A stretch of 64,000 nt of DNA, from positions 124,001 to 188,000 of the IMG/VR virus record IMGVR_UViG_3300042887_005053; one strand, written 5' to 3'. Shown piece by piece: positions 50,838-60,271 of the stretch. The position numbers and the translations under genes were made by a program. Every line of letters starts with the position of its first letter. The stretch's first letter is position 1. The notes under the pieces are model-generated. The model was not told the origin of the DNA and ran no database searches. It saw nothing but the letters and a program-made list of their open reading frames with translations.

Positions 50838-53800
50838 TTATTGATTTATAAATCCACCTGCAGAAATTGCTCCTGTTCTGAGAATTGTGATGTTGTTTAC
50901 AATAACTCCCATACCCTTAATAGGTTCAACATATGTGTCAAGAACACCAATTTGGTTATCTATTATAGTTGGTGTGTTATTTTCTTCATCACATTTGTTG
51001 AAGTAGTTATAAAGACCGTTCTTATTAACATACTTTTCACAGATTACATCAGCTCTTAGTTTTATTTCAGCTCTTATTTCAGCTGTATTAAACTTCCATT
51101 GGAATTCAAGTAACATTGCTGAAAGTTCTCTTTCTAATTCAATCAAGACCTCTCTAACATGTAAGTAAGAAAGTGCTGATTTGTAAAGAGTTTGACCTGT
51201 ATTTTCTGTTTCAATTACAAATCCTCTATTTCTCTTGAATACAATAGGATTCATTTGAGCTCCGTTCAAGTTTTCGATATCCTCAGGAGTATAATTCATT
51301 TCGATTCCTGCGATATTTGTAACTCTACCGTTAGTAACACCCGCTGCAATTGTCCAAGGAACAATTGAAGTAACATTTGTATTCTGTTTTCTCATATATG
51401 TAGTAGCTACATACATTGCTGGTGGTACATCAGCTGGTCTACCGTTATCATTAACTGTGACATAAGGAAGAAAATAACCAACACAACTTGCACCCCTTCC
51501 GTCGCCGAATGAGTATAAGAATGCTGGACTAGATTCTAAGTCACCGCCTGTTGCAATAAAGGATGTTTGTAAGACTCCTTCGTTATTAACAAATGTAGGT
51601 GATGTAGAGTTCCTAAATGACTTCATTGAAGGCATATTTATGAATCCTAAGCAATCTAATCTATCTCCACAAACATCAACCAATTGCTGTTTTGATCTCT
51701 CAGTTAAACCTAATCCAAATGCATCTACAACATATCTAAAGTCGATAGCTTCTTTATTTGTAAGTGCCTTGAACAATGGTGTTCCCTTTGCAATCAAGTT
51801 TAAAATAGTGCTTTGTCTTGTTTCAGTACCATCTGGCATTGAAGCTTCTCTTACTCTGAATCCTTTTAGTGGAATAGCCTTATAAGTAGAAACATAATCA
51901 TCCATTGATGTATATCTAATTGTCTGATAATCTACCGAGTTACCATTTGTTACCGCGTATTTTTCGATAGCTGAATCACAAGTGATTTCAACTAAGGTTG
52001 TATCAGGTGCGTAAACTCTCTTACTGATAATTCTAGTTAGATTTCTTGTCATCTCACCTACATTTACTGGAACATTAGGATCTACATAAGCCTCTAAGAA
52101 ATCACCAACTTTTACTTCAGTGTATCTTGAACCATTTACTAAGATCTTATTAACAATTGGAGTGTAACCAGCTGGTACTTCGATTTCAATAGTTTGTTTG
52201 TAATTTGACTTGTTAGTTATAACATTAAATATGTTATTTTTTGTTACATCAATTGGTTCAGTTGATGTTAATAAAGAATCTACAAACTTAACAGTCAAAT
52301 TGTTTGAACTATCTAAGTACATTTGTAAATAAACTTTAGTAGTAGCATCATAAACAAAAGGTGTAGAAGTGATATCCTCATCTACTACATTTGTAGTAAC
52401 TCTATATGCTTCATACCCAGCTGTGTAATTACTGCCCGTTAGTGGGTCAACTAAAGTGTTATAATAGTTAGTATCTCCATCAAGAGTTATTGTACCAGTG
52501 TTTAGTGTAGAATCTGGAATGCTAATTTGTTCATTTCCTAAAACATTCCAACCATTAGTTTGACTGAAGACCACATAACTGTAAGTGCCTTCATTTTGAA
52601 AAACTACTCTGATAGGTGATTGTGGATAAGATGACTCAATTAGATTATCATAAAAATAGTCACCAGTATTAATTTGACCATTGTAGAAGTTGTTATATAA
52701 ATCTGCAAACTTACCCACAACACCAGAAGCAGTTGGACTTCCTTTGACTGTTGTGGTCGTTACTCCGTTTGGTCCTAAGACTAACTCATTATCAATTTTA
52801 TAGAAAACTAAGTTACCAGCTAATATATCAGATGGAGTTGATGACAAACCTAAATCTAAATCAAAAGACTTGTTAGCAGTTGTTGATACGACAACATTAC
52901 TAAGTGTCGCATTTGCTAGTGGGAATTTTTCTAAGGTAACTAAATCTTTCAACATAGTCATCTGAGATAGATTATTCTCTAACATACTAGAGAAGAAATT
53001 AAATAATCTAATCTTTCTGTGTTTCTCGTAATTGTTTGTTGTGTCTGTACCAGAAGTCCCTAAGAACTCTACTCTGATTTTACCTGCTGATAATTCAGTA
53101 ACATCATAATCGACACCAAAGTCAAGTTCATTGAAACCACCATCAACACCTCCGGATATAGTAAGTGAGTTTGTATTTACAGTAATACTTGCGGAACCAG
53201 CAAGAAGTGTGTTAGTAAATACATCACCGTTGTATAGTGCTCCTGAACCTGCATCAGGTGTTATTATAAATGATGTGGTAAGACCTAGTGTTGAAACTGT
53301 TGCTGAATAACCAGTTACGCTTGCCACAACAAAGTCTAAATAAACAGAGTTCAAGAATGTATCTAGTACATCTGAACTTGCTGTTGTTGAAAGAATCTGA
53401 GAACCATTAAGATTCAACACAAAGTTACTTTCTACCGGAATTCCAGATGAAGTACCTCCGAATAAGAAAGTAATTGGAGACGGATCTGTAAGTTCATTAA
53501 CACCTATTTCAGTCACCGTTGGAGTGTTACCAACAGTCTGTAAAATCTGACCATTTGCAACTTGAAAGTCAATGTAAGTTAAAACAATGTCACTTGATGG
53601 TATTGTTGGGTTAATTCCATCAACGGTTCCATTAGTCAAAGTAATTTCTCCAGTTGAAGAATTAATATGTACCACTGAAGTGTAAGAAGCGGTTTGTGAA
53701 CTAACTGTGTAGTTAGTTGCTAGAATAGAGTAAGTAAATGAACCAGCAGTCCCAGAATTCACTAACACTTTATTACCAGCAGTTACAATATAAGCCTCTG

Positions 53801-55061
53801 AAGCAGTTAATGAACCCAATGATGGATTTGTAAGAGTGTATCCAATTTGAAGTGATTGTGAACCACCAAGTGATTCTAAAGCTGTTTCATAAGTAACACC
53901 ATTGATATATTCTTCTGAGAAATGTGCTGTTCTGTTAACTCCACCCCAAGTTGAACGAGCTAGTGAAACTGATGGACCCATTGCGACTAAGTTTTGTCCG
54001 TCTGATCCACCCGCTATGTCTAATGGCGTTGCTATGTAATCTAGGCTTTCAATGATTGATACATTATATGATAGGAAATCTATTTCAACTTGACCATTGT
54101 TAACAAGACCCTCAGAGACAACTAAGTTGTTACCTATAAGGTCAACCATTCCAGTTGGGAAGTCTTTCTCAAACTTATCCATATCAAATGCACAAAATAG
54201 ACCAGTTCTATCTGTATCATTATTTATGATTGTCTCAATAAATATATTTCTACCGTTTGAATCTCTGAAAAATGGAATCAAAGAAAGGCCTTCATAGTAC
54301 TGTAACAAATTAACATTTCTATCATTTGCAAAATTTTGAACTTGATCTTTCATAAGACCTTGGCTAGTAAAATAGGCAGACCATTTGGTATCAACTGCTA
54401 ATTGTTGGTAATTTGACCAATCACCACCAACTACTAAAACATCTACTAAATAGTCTGAAGCATAATCCAATTGGTTAACATAAGATGGAACTTTATCAGC
54501 TGAACCATACCACTCTAGTAATGTTCTGTTGAAACCACTTAATCTTGACTTAAATACAAAAATTGTAATGTATTTATCTGACATATTAGTGAAAGACAAC
54601 AATCTGTCTGCCGCTCCTAAGTCGTCACTTGTAAGATTAATGAAAGAATCAGTATCTCTTTTCCAGAAACCAGTTGTGTCGAAAAATCTTCTATATGCAC
54701 CCTCTCTTACAACATCATTTGTTTTATCAGTAGATGTTGATACTGACTTATATTCTATAAGGTCTAAAGTATCCGATGTAGATAATAGATTCATTGCGAA
54801 TACTGGACTCGACTCTAGCATTTTGCTAACAGTTCTATGAAAGAAAGAACCCTTTCTTTCTAAATTTCTGTCTAGTGGTCCAAATATACTTTCTAAATCC
54901 TGTGTAGTCTGTAAGAAAACAGGTGTATTAGCTGGTCCTTTTTTTGAGAAACCAACTACCAATGAGCTTACACCAGTTACGGTTGGGCTGACAATAACTG
55001 AATTATCAAATTCTTCTATGAAGATACCTGGTCTTTTATACTTACCAATTTGAATTGCCAT
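50838..55061 (-). CDS. gp18: Contractile tail sheath protein (T4 gp18-like), greatly enlarged
   Basis: N-terminal RPGIFIEEFD...VVGFSKKGP and C-terminal PWTIAAGVTNG...MNPIV...LSYLHVREVLI...CDEENNTPTIID...VEPIKG motifs of sheath proteins. 1407 aa. Confidence 0.92.
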   Translation of the reverse strand: MAIQIGKYKRPGIFIEEFDNSVIVSPTVTGVSSLVVGFSKKGPANTPVFLQTTQDLESIFGPLDRNLERKGSFFHRTVSKMLESSPVFAMNLLSTSDTLDLIEYKSVSTSTDKTNDVVREGAYRRFFDTTGFWKRDTDSFINLTSDDLGAADRLLSFTNMSDKYITIFVFKSRLSGFNRTLLEWYGSADKVPSYVNQLDYASDYLVDVLVVGGDWSNYQQLAVDTKWSAYFTSQGLMKDQVQNFANDRNVNLLQYYEGLSLIPFFRDSNGRNIFIETIINNDTDRTGLFCAFDMDKFEKDFPTGMVDLIGNNLVVSEGLVNNGQVEIDFLSYNVSIIESLDYIATPLDIAGGSDGQNLVAMGPSVSLARSTWGGVNRTAHFSEEYINGVTYETALESLGGSQSLQIGYTLTNPSLGSLTASEAYIVTAGNKVLVNSGTAGSFTYSILATNYTVSSQTASYTSVVHINSSTGEITLTNGTVDGINPTIPSSDIVLTYIDFQVANGQILQTVGNTPTVTEIGVNELTDPSPITFLFGGTSSGIPVESNFVLNLNGSQILSTTASSDVLDTFLNSVYLDFVVASVTGYSATVSTLGLTTSFIITPDAGSGALYNGDVFTNTLLAGSASITVNTNSLTISGGVDGGFNELDFGVDYDVTELSAGKIRVEFLGTSGTDTTNNYEKHRKIRLFNFFSSMLENNLSQMTMLKDLVTLEKFPLANATLSNVVVSTTANKSFDLDLGLSSTPSDILAGNLVFYKIDNELVLGPNGVTTTTVKGSPTASGVVGKFADLYNNFYNGQINTGDYFYDNLIESSYPQSPIRVVFQNEGTYSYVVFSQTNGWNVLGNEQISIPDSTLNTGTITLDGDTNYYNTLVDPLTGSNYTAGYEAYRVTTNVVDEDITSTPFVYDATTKVYLQMYLDSSNNLTVKFVDSLLTSTEPIDVTKNNIFNVITNKSNYKQTIEIEVPAGYTPIVNKILVNGSRYTEVKVGDFLEAYVDPNVPVNVGEMTRNLTRIISKRVYAPDTTLVEITCDSAIEKYAVTNGNSVDYQTIRYTSMDDYVSTYKAIPLKGFRVREASMPDGTETRQSTILNLIAKGTPLFKALTNKEAIDFRYVVDAFGLGLTERSKQQLVDVCGDRLDCLGFINMPSMKSFRNSTSPTFVNNEGVLQTSFIATGGDLESSPAFLYSFGDGRGASCVGYFLPYVTVNDNGRPADVPPAMYVATTYMRKQNTNVTSIVPWTIAAGVTNGRVTNIAGIEMNYTPEDIENLNGAQMNPIVFKRNRGFVIETENTGQTLYKSALSYLHVREVLIELERELSAMLLEFQWKFNTAEIRAEIKLRADVICEKYVNKNGLYNYFNKCDEENNTPTIIDNQIGVLDTYVEPIKGMGVIVNNITILRTGAISAGGFINQ

Positions 55062-55116
55062 AATAGTTCATTAATTTTTATTTAATGTATATATAAAAAG
55101 AAAAAAATATATTTTT

Positions 55117-55692
55117 TCACTTTTTGGTGAACTTATTAAAACGATAAAGATCAATTCTCTTCTTACTAGCCATTAAATCATCTTTGAAGACCTTTAGTTT
55201 ATCCTTGGCTATTTTTTCTAAGTTGACTATTTCCATTTGAAGTTTAGAAATATCCTGTGTTTTTTGACGAATCTTATCCTCAGTAAGTTTGATATTAGCT
55301 GAAAGAGAATCCTTTGAACTTGGATTTGCTTTTATATTGGATTGTTCGTCACTGATATCTGTTTTCCAGTCTTTAATCTGATCCTGTAGATTCTTCAAAT
55401 CTCTTCTTTTATCACAAGATTGTGCCCAAATCGCTAAAACTGGGTTATGAAATTTCAATTTCTTTTTATTATCAGTTTTATCAATTATTTTTTGAGCAGC
55501 TAATTTATCGATTAAGTCTTTTTCATCTTTATAAGTCATATAAATGTTATTTACTGTAACTTTAAGTCTGTCAAAATCTTTGATTTGATTTTCAAGCTCA
55601 TTATATCTATTCATGTCCGATGCGATCTGAGGTGGATCGGTTTTATCAGCATTGTATAATTCTAAAATAAATTCTTGAAAGTACTTAATCAT
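55117..55692 (-). CDS. Coiled-coil protein with targeting-like N-terminus
   Basis: 191 aa starting MIKYFQEFILE, close to the T4 IPIII MKTYQEFIAE. Heptad-rich. Confidence 0.7.
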   Translation of the reverse strand: MIKYFQEFILELYNADKTDPPQIASDMNRYNELENQIKDFDRLKVTVNNIYMTYKDEKDLIDKLAAQKIIDKTDNKKKLKFHNPVLAIWAQSCDKRRDLKNLQDQIKDWKTDISDEQSNIKANPSSKDSLSANIKLTEDKIRQKTQDISKLQMEIVNLEKIAKDKLKVFKDDLMASKKRIDLYRFNKFTKK

Positions 55693-55693
55693 A

Positions 55694-58501
55694 TTAAATT
55701 ATGTCAAAATCATTCATTTTAGACCTCATTTTATCCAATCCTAGAATATCATATTTAGGTCTATCATCTGGATCAATCACTTTTATAGTCTCTAACTTAC
55801 CCTCTTGAACATTGTTCTTAGAAAGAGCTTCTATTTTTTGAAAGTTCATTTTTAGATCTTGTATATTACTAAAAGTGTTATTAGATGTAACTTCAGCGAC
55901 TTTCATCTCAATAACTCTGTCTTTTGACAATTTAGGATATTTATTTATGTTGATTACTGCTACGAATAAAGGTTCATTAGGTACAAAAGATAGATTTTTT
56001 GGTAACTCCAACTCTTTTGAATCAAGTTTATTTTTCAAGTAAGTACTAAAGATTGATTGTTTTGGAGTTTTTTCATATTTATGAAACTTAATAACAATTC
56101 CTTTATCTCTAGTTCCATTAATTTGACCTTGTATAAATCCAATCAAATATTTGGTAACTTTATCTTCCTTATAAGTAATTTTGAAAAATTCTCTACCGTA
56201 CTTATCATCCTTACCGAAAAGACTTGTCACTATATCAGCTCCTCTTCCAAGTTGGCTATAAAGTGAGAACACTAATTGCTTTTCACTACCCATGTCATCT
56301 TTCTTTATTTTTCCTGGACCTGGTTCTGGTGTATCAGATGTTTTTTCTATGTCACTATTTCCCCCAAAATAATCAGTCAGTAATCTATGTCTCTTAGATC
56401 TGAAATCTCTATCTTTACCACCAGATCCTAACATATCATTAATAAAAGTAAATAAAGTCCTACCTGAGCCAGCTTTTTGATTAGGTCCTCTATTTTTGAA
56501 TTTCGCATTTGCTAATATTTTTCTGTACTTTGTATCTTCTAATAGTTTCATAATACCATCTTCCCATTTTTCAAATGGAACATTAGCTGCCCAGGGTCCA
56601 ACTGATGGACCGGCATCTTTTGACCAAGATGGATATTCACCTTTTCCGATATATGTGTACTCTCTAAATGTTTTCTGAGAAATCACGCCGTTTGGTCTAC
56701 CAGAGGGTATGACCTCAGTTGCATACATTTTATATGCTCTGCCAAAGATATTCACGATTCTAATGATGTTGTCTTTGAAAGATTCAGCGTCAATCTCTAT
56801 TTCTTTTTCTTCTAACTCTTTATCTGTATCTTCTTGGAGTTTTTTAGCTTCTTTTTCGTCGATTTTCCATTCATCTTCTTCTCCCTTTTTGAAGAATTCA
56901 AACCAAATAGTTGATATTTTATCATTTATCAGTTCCTGATCAGACTTCGAGGCTTGTTCATCTTTGTCAGTATCTTCATCAGTTTCCATTTCAATATCAT
57001 CTGCTTCATTTACAAAAGAAAAATAGTTATGTATAAATGATTCGTTCTTTTCTTCTTTATCTTCTTTTTTCTCCTTTTTAAGAGAAGGATAAAGCTTTTT
57101 AAGTTGATTAAAAGATTTTATGAACTTATTAAGACATTCTTTTGCATCAGTAAGTGCGTTAACTAGTCCCATATCTTCTCTAAATGCAAGAATTATTCTA
57201 GCTATTAGTGAAATTGACTTCGAAATATCACTATATGAAATAGATTGTTCAGCTTCTTTAATTAGTTCTTCAAAAGAAATTGGCTTACCAACAGTTGCTT
57301 CATTCATTACGACTTCTCTACCTATTTTTGTGATAGTATCTACAATGATTGCATTGTTTGTTTTTGATTTAGTAAGCAATTCTTGAATTCTTGGTAATGT
57401 TTTTATAATGCCAGATTTAGACCACGAGTTTAATACTTTATTCCAAGCTGCTCTCGCATTTGACTCCGCTAACTTCAATTCTGCTTCTTCAAATATTGGA
57501 AGAGATTCATTTTCATAAAATAAAGATTCTGCGACTTTTTCACCAGCTTTGAGTGTTGTAACTTGTAAAGGTCTGCCATCGGGTCCTTTCTTTGTATCTG
57601 AGTTTAGTATAGGTGTGAGAGAATCTCTACGAACACTCATCGGTGCTGAGTTTGGTAGATATGATTTAGTCTTCTCATCCCTAAAAATAACAAAAACATT
57701 GGGTTTGATTGTACCTGATTGAACAACATCATCTTTAGTTAAGAACTTTTTGTCAATTCCTCTCTTCACAGCATGTTCCAGAGAAATGACTAAAACAGTA
57801 GTTTTTTTGCCATCTTTTGATTTGTGTGTATATTCTTTACCTACTTCGATTGATTTCTCTGAAGTAATCTTCTTTTTTGAAATGATTTCATTCAAGTCTA
57901 ATATGGATTCTAAAAGATCAATTGTAGTTTCATAGAACTCTTTATTTGAGCTTGTTTCTTCTTGTTTTTCTTCTTCCGATTCTTTTGGTTCAAAATCGAT
58001 TTCCAATAAAGCTTTTCTATAATCTTCAAGTTTTTTTACTAATAAATCTTTATTAGGTAAGTCTTTTTTATCTACTTTCTCAACATCTTTGATTGTTGTT
58101 GAGATAAGACCAGAATCATCAGATTTATCACCTAATAATATTGTCAATTTTTCATCAATCTCTTTGTTTGAAGTAGATTCTTTATAAACCTCTGTTATAA
58201 GAAATTTTACTTTTATTTTTTCTATTTCTTTTTTAGTATTTTCACCAAATGCAGAAGCGGCTATTAAATTATTTAATTCATTTTCAACATCTTTTACTAA
58301 AGAACCAATTCTAGCAGCTTGAAAATAAATTTTACCTTTTCTGATTGTTGAATTGATTAATCTACCTAATAGAGATCCTCCCCAGGTTATATCATTTTCA
58401 AAAGCTTCCTTTATTAATAAAGAAGATTCGAAGTCCTTTTGATTAAATTCAGTTCTTGTTTCTTTGATTAAAAATTCTTGTCTGTGCTTGAGATATCGCA
58501 T
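55694..58501 (-). CDS. Large charged putative internal head protein
   Basis: 935 aa starting MRYLKHRQEFLIKE. Internal LIKEA (twice), IFEEA and FVNEA sites resemble prohead-protease (I/L/V)-x-E sites. Late motif at 58524-58532. Confidence 0.6.
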   Translation of the reverse strand: MRYLKHRQEFLIKETRTEFNQKDFESSLLIKEAFENDITWGGSLLGRLINSTIRKGKIYFQAARIGSLVKDVENELNNLIAASAFGENTKKEIEKIKVKFLITEVYKESTSNKEIDEKLTILLGDKSDDSGLISTTIKDVEKVDKKDLPNKDLLVKKLEDYRKALLEIDFEPKESEEEKQEETSSNKEFYETTIDLLESILDLNEIISKKKITSEKSIEVGKEYTHKSKDGKKTTVLVISLEHAVKRGIDKKFLTKDDVVQSGTIKPNVFVIFRDEKTKSYLPNSAPMSVRRDSLTPILNSDTKKGPDGRPLQVTTLKAGEKVAESLFYENESLPIFEEAELKLAESNARAAWNKVLNSWSKSGIIKTLPRIQELLTKSKTNNAIIVDTITKIGREVVMNEATVGKPISFEELIKEAEQSISYSDISKSISLIARIILAFREDMGLVNALTDAKECLNKFIKSFNQLKKLYPSLKKEKKEDKEEKNESFIHNYFSFVNEADDIEMETDEDTDKDEQASKSDQELINDKISTIWFEFFKKGEEDEWKIDEKEAKKLQEDTDKELEEKEIEIDAESFKDNIIRIVNIFGRAYKMYATEVIPSGRPNGVISQKTFREYTYIGKGEYPSWSKDAGPSVGPWAANVPFEKWEDGIMKLLEDTKYRKILANAKFKNRGPNQKAGSGRTLFTFINDMLGSGGKDRDFRSKRHRLLTDYFGGNSDIEKTSDTPEPGPGKIKKDDMGSEKQLVFSLYSQLGRGADIVTSLFGKDDKYGREFFKITYKEDKVTKYLIGFIQGQINGTRDKGIVIKFHKYEKTPKQSIFSTYLKNKLDSKELELPKNLSFVPNEPLFVAVININKYPKLSKDRVIEMKVAEVTSNNTFSNIQDLKMNFQKIEALSKNNVQEGKLETIKVIDPDDRPKYDILGLDKMRSKMNDFDII

Positions 58502-58565
58502 AAAAATAGCCTAATATTTTGATTATATATTAAAAGTCTAATATCACAAAATAATAGAAAAAATA

Positions 58566-58597
58566 TTTGGTGGTTTATTATTTTTTAATTATATTAG
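58566..58597 (+). promoter_or_regulatory. Bacteroidota-type host promoter (TTTG-N20-TATATTAG)
   Basis: -33 TTTG at 58566-58569, 20-nt spacer, -7 element with one mismatch to TAnnTTTG at 58590-58597. Confidence 0.55.
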
Positions 58598-58647
58598 CAT
58601 ATCATTGATTGAGACAGTGTTTTAGACGATAAAAAAAGTCAAAAATA

Positions 58648-58679
58648 TTAGGAAAATCAATAATTTTACCTTATATTTG
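58648..58679 (+). promoter_or_regulatory. Bacteroidota-type host promoter (TTAG-N20-TATATTTG)
   Basis: Perfect TAnnTTTG at 58672-58679, a near -33 element 20 nt upstream, and 22 nt to the ATG at 58702. Confidence 0.65.
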
Positions 58680-58701
58680 TAGTATCAATAACAGTAAAAC
58701 T

Positions 58702-59100
58702 ATGAACGAAAACAATATCTTCTCTTTTAATCTAATCAAATTTGATTTGAGACCTTATAGTAAATCTGAAGAAATTCAGAGAATTATTAATGATCATGGT
58801 ATGCAACAAGTGTGGACAGGAGAAGAAATGTTCGAGTTGAAGAAAGAAGGATACATCTTCATCTGTGTTGATTCTGTCACATTTTTTCCAATTTTCTACT
58901 TTAATGAAAAAACATTAGACTGGACTACTCCGATGCAAGTTACAAACATCTTGGCTGATCAAAAACCAATCAAAAAGAAAAAGGTTAAAAAACCAAGAAC
59001 TACATTGAATTTAGATTCACTTTTAGATAAAATTAATGAGTCTGGTATGGAATCTTTAACTCCAAGAGAGTTAAAGTTTTTAGAAGAGTCTTCTAAGTAA
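58702..59100 (+). CDS. Early-type hypothetical protein with C-terminal DUF6576-like motif
   Basis: 132 aa ending LDSLLDKINESGMESLTPRELKFLE, resembling the C-terminal helix pair of Bacteroidota rhomboid-family proteins. Confidence 0.65.
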   Translation: MNENNIFSFNLIKFDLRPYSKSEEIQRIINDHGMQQVWTGEEMFELKKEGYIFICVDSVTFFPIFYFNEKTLDWTTPMQVTNILADQKPIKKKKVKKPRTTLNLDSLLDKINESGMESLTPRELKFLEESSK

Positions 59101-59117
59101 AAAATATTTTTTATATG

Positions 59118-59144
59118 ACCACCAAGGCTTTGGTGGTTTTTTTT
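59118..59144 (+). terminator. Intrinsic terminator
   Basis: accaccaa-ggct-ttggtggt followed by a T-tract. Confidence 0.85.
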
Positions 59145-59238
59145 ATTTTAAATCTTAAAAAATTTTGAAATTTTCACCAACGATAATTTTATAGTGAAAT
59201 TTATGTAATATATAATCTTGTAAATTAATTTTTTAATT

Positions 59239-59529
59239 ATGAGATTCTTAGAACTTGTCTACAATGGCAGAAAAATAACAAATAATTTATTAATCAATGA
59301 TATTTTAGAGAAAGAGAACCTGAATTGGTTGATCGATTCTGAAATCGAAAATGCAGAAATCGAAATCAAAAATCATACTTTAATATGGAAAAATGGCTAC
59401 TTTTTTGGTAATTGGCATTATGGTATCTTTAAGGATGGTCAATTTTATGGCACATTTGAGAATGGAATTTTAGAAGGTGGGAAGTTTAATGGCAATTTTA
59501 TTAGTGGTTTGAATTTGATTTCGGTATAA
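59239..59529 (+). CDS. Small protein with G-x-F/W short repeats
   Basis: 96 aa, WKNGYFFGNWHYGIFKDGQFYGTFENGILEGGKFNG. TAATATATA at 59206. Confidence 0.65.
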   Translation: MRFLELVYNGRKITNNLLINDILEKENLNWLIDSEIENAEIEIKNHTLIWKNGYFFGNWHYGIFKDGQFYGTFENGILEGGKFNGNFISGLNLISV

Positions 59530-59547
59530 AAAATAATTTTTTTCTTT

Positions 59548-59991
59548 ATGGGAAGAAAGCGTTTCACAAAATCCAAATTATTATCAGAAAATTTGAGATT
59601 TAAAATCACAGAAGAAGCAAATAATCATTTGTTCTTCGAAATAGGCAGTGAAATTACAACAGACATTGCAGAAGCAGTTGCAATTATGATGAGAACTAAT
59701 AATATTGAAAAAGAAATTTGGTCTCAGAAAATTAATATAAATCTAGAAACAGTTGAACCCAAAAGAGCATTATATTGGTTATCTGGTGGAGATACTGAGT
59801 GGATTAGTGGTAAAAATTATAGTTTAAATTGGATGCAATGTGATTTAGATTATCAAGAAGAATTTGGATTTATGGTAATTTCAATACTTAAAAAATCACA
59901 AACTCTCGATGATATAAGAAGTGGATTTATGAAATACTTAAATTTACCAGTTTTATATGAATTTGCTCTTAAAAGAGGATTTGTAAAGTAA
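59548..59991 (+). CDS. Hypothetical protein
   Basis: 147-aa ORF followed by a terminator. Confidence 0.7.
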   Translation: MGRKRFTKSKLLSENLRFKITEEANNHLFFEIGSEITTDIAEAVAIMMRTNNIEKEIWSQKININLETVEPKRALYWLSGGDTEWISGKNYSLNWMQCDLDYQEEFGFMVISILKKSQTLDDIRSGFMKYLNLPVLYEFALKRGFVK

Positions 59992-59996
59992 GAGAC

Positions 59997-60020
59997 AACC
60001 CACCAACTTGGTGGGTTTTT
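59997..60020 (+). terminator. Intrinsic terminator
   Basis: aacccacca-act-tggtgggtt plus T-tract, stem related to the one at 59118. Confidence 0.8.
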
Positions 60021-60037
60021 ATTTTAATATATAAAGT

Positions 60038-60271
60038 ATGAAAACATTAAGAGCGATATGTTCAAATCCTTGGTGTAAAGCGCCTTTTGAAGTTAGTTCA
60101 GAAGATACTAATCACTCAAAAATCTGTTATAAGTGTTGTAGTCTTGAGACTGAGACATCAAATGGAGTGACCTGGGTCGAAAAAACTTATGAGGGTAGTA
60201 GATTTGATAATCATCCACACCAAATATCGATAAATGTAAATAGAGCAATAGATCAAAATAAGAAATGGTAA
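60038..60271 (+). CDS. Small Zn-ribbon protein
   Basis: 77 aa, CSNPWC...CYKC. TAATATATA at 60025-60033. Confidence 0.65.
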   Translation: MKTLRAICSNPWCKAPFEVSSEDTNHSKICYKCCSLETETSNGVTWVEKTYEGSRFDNHPHQISINVNRAIDQNKKW

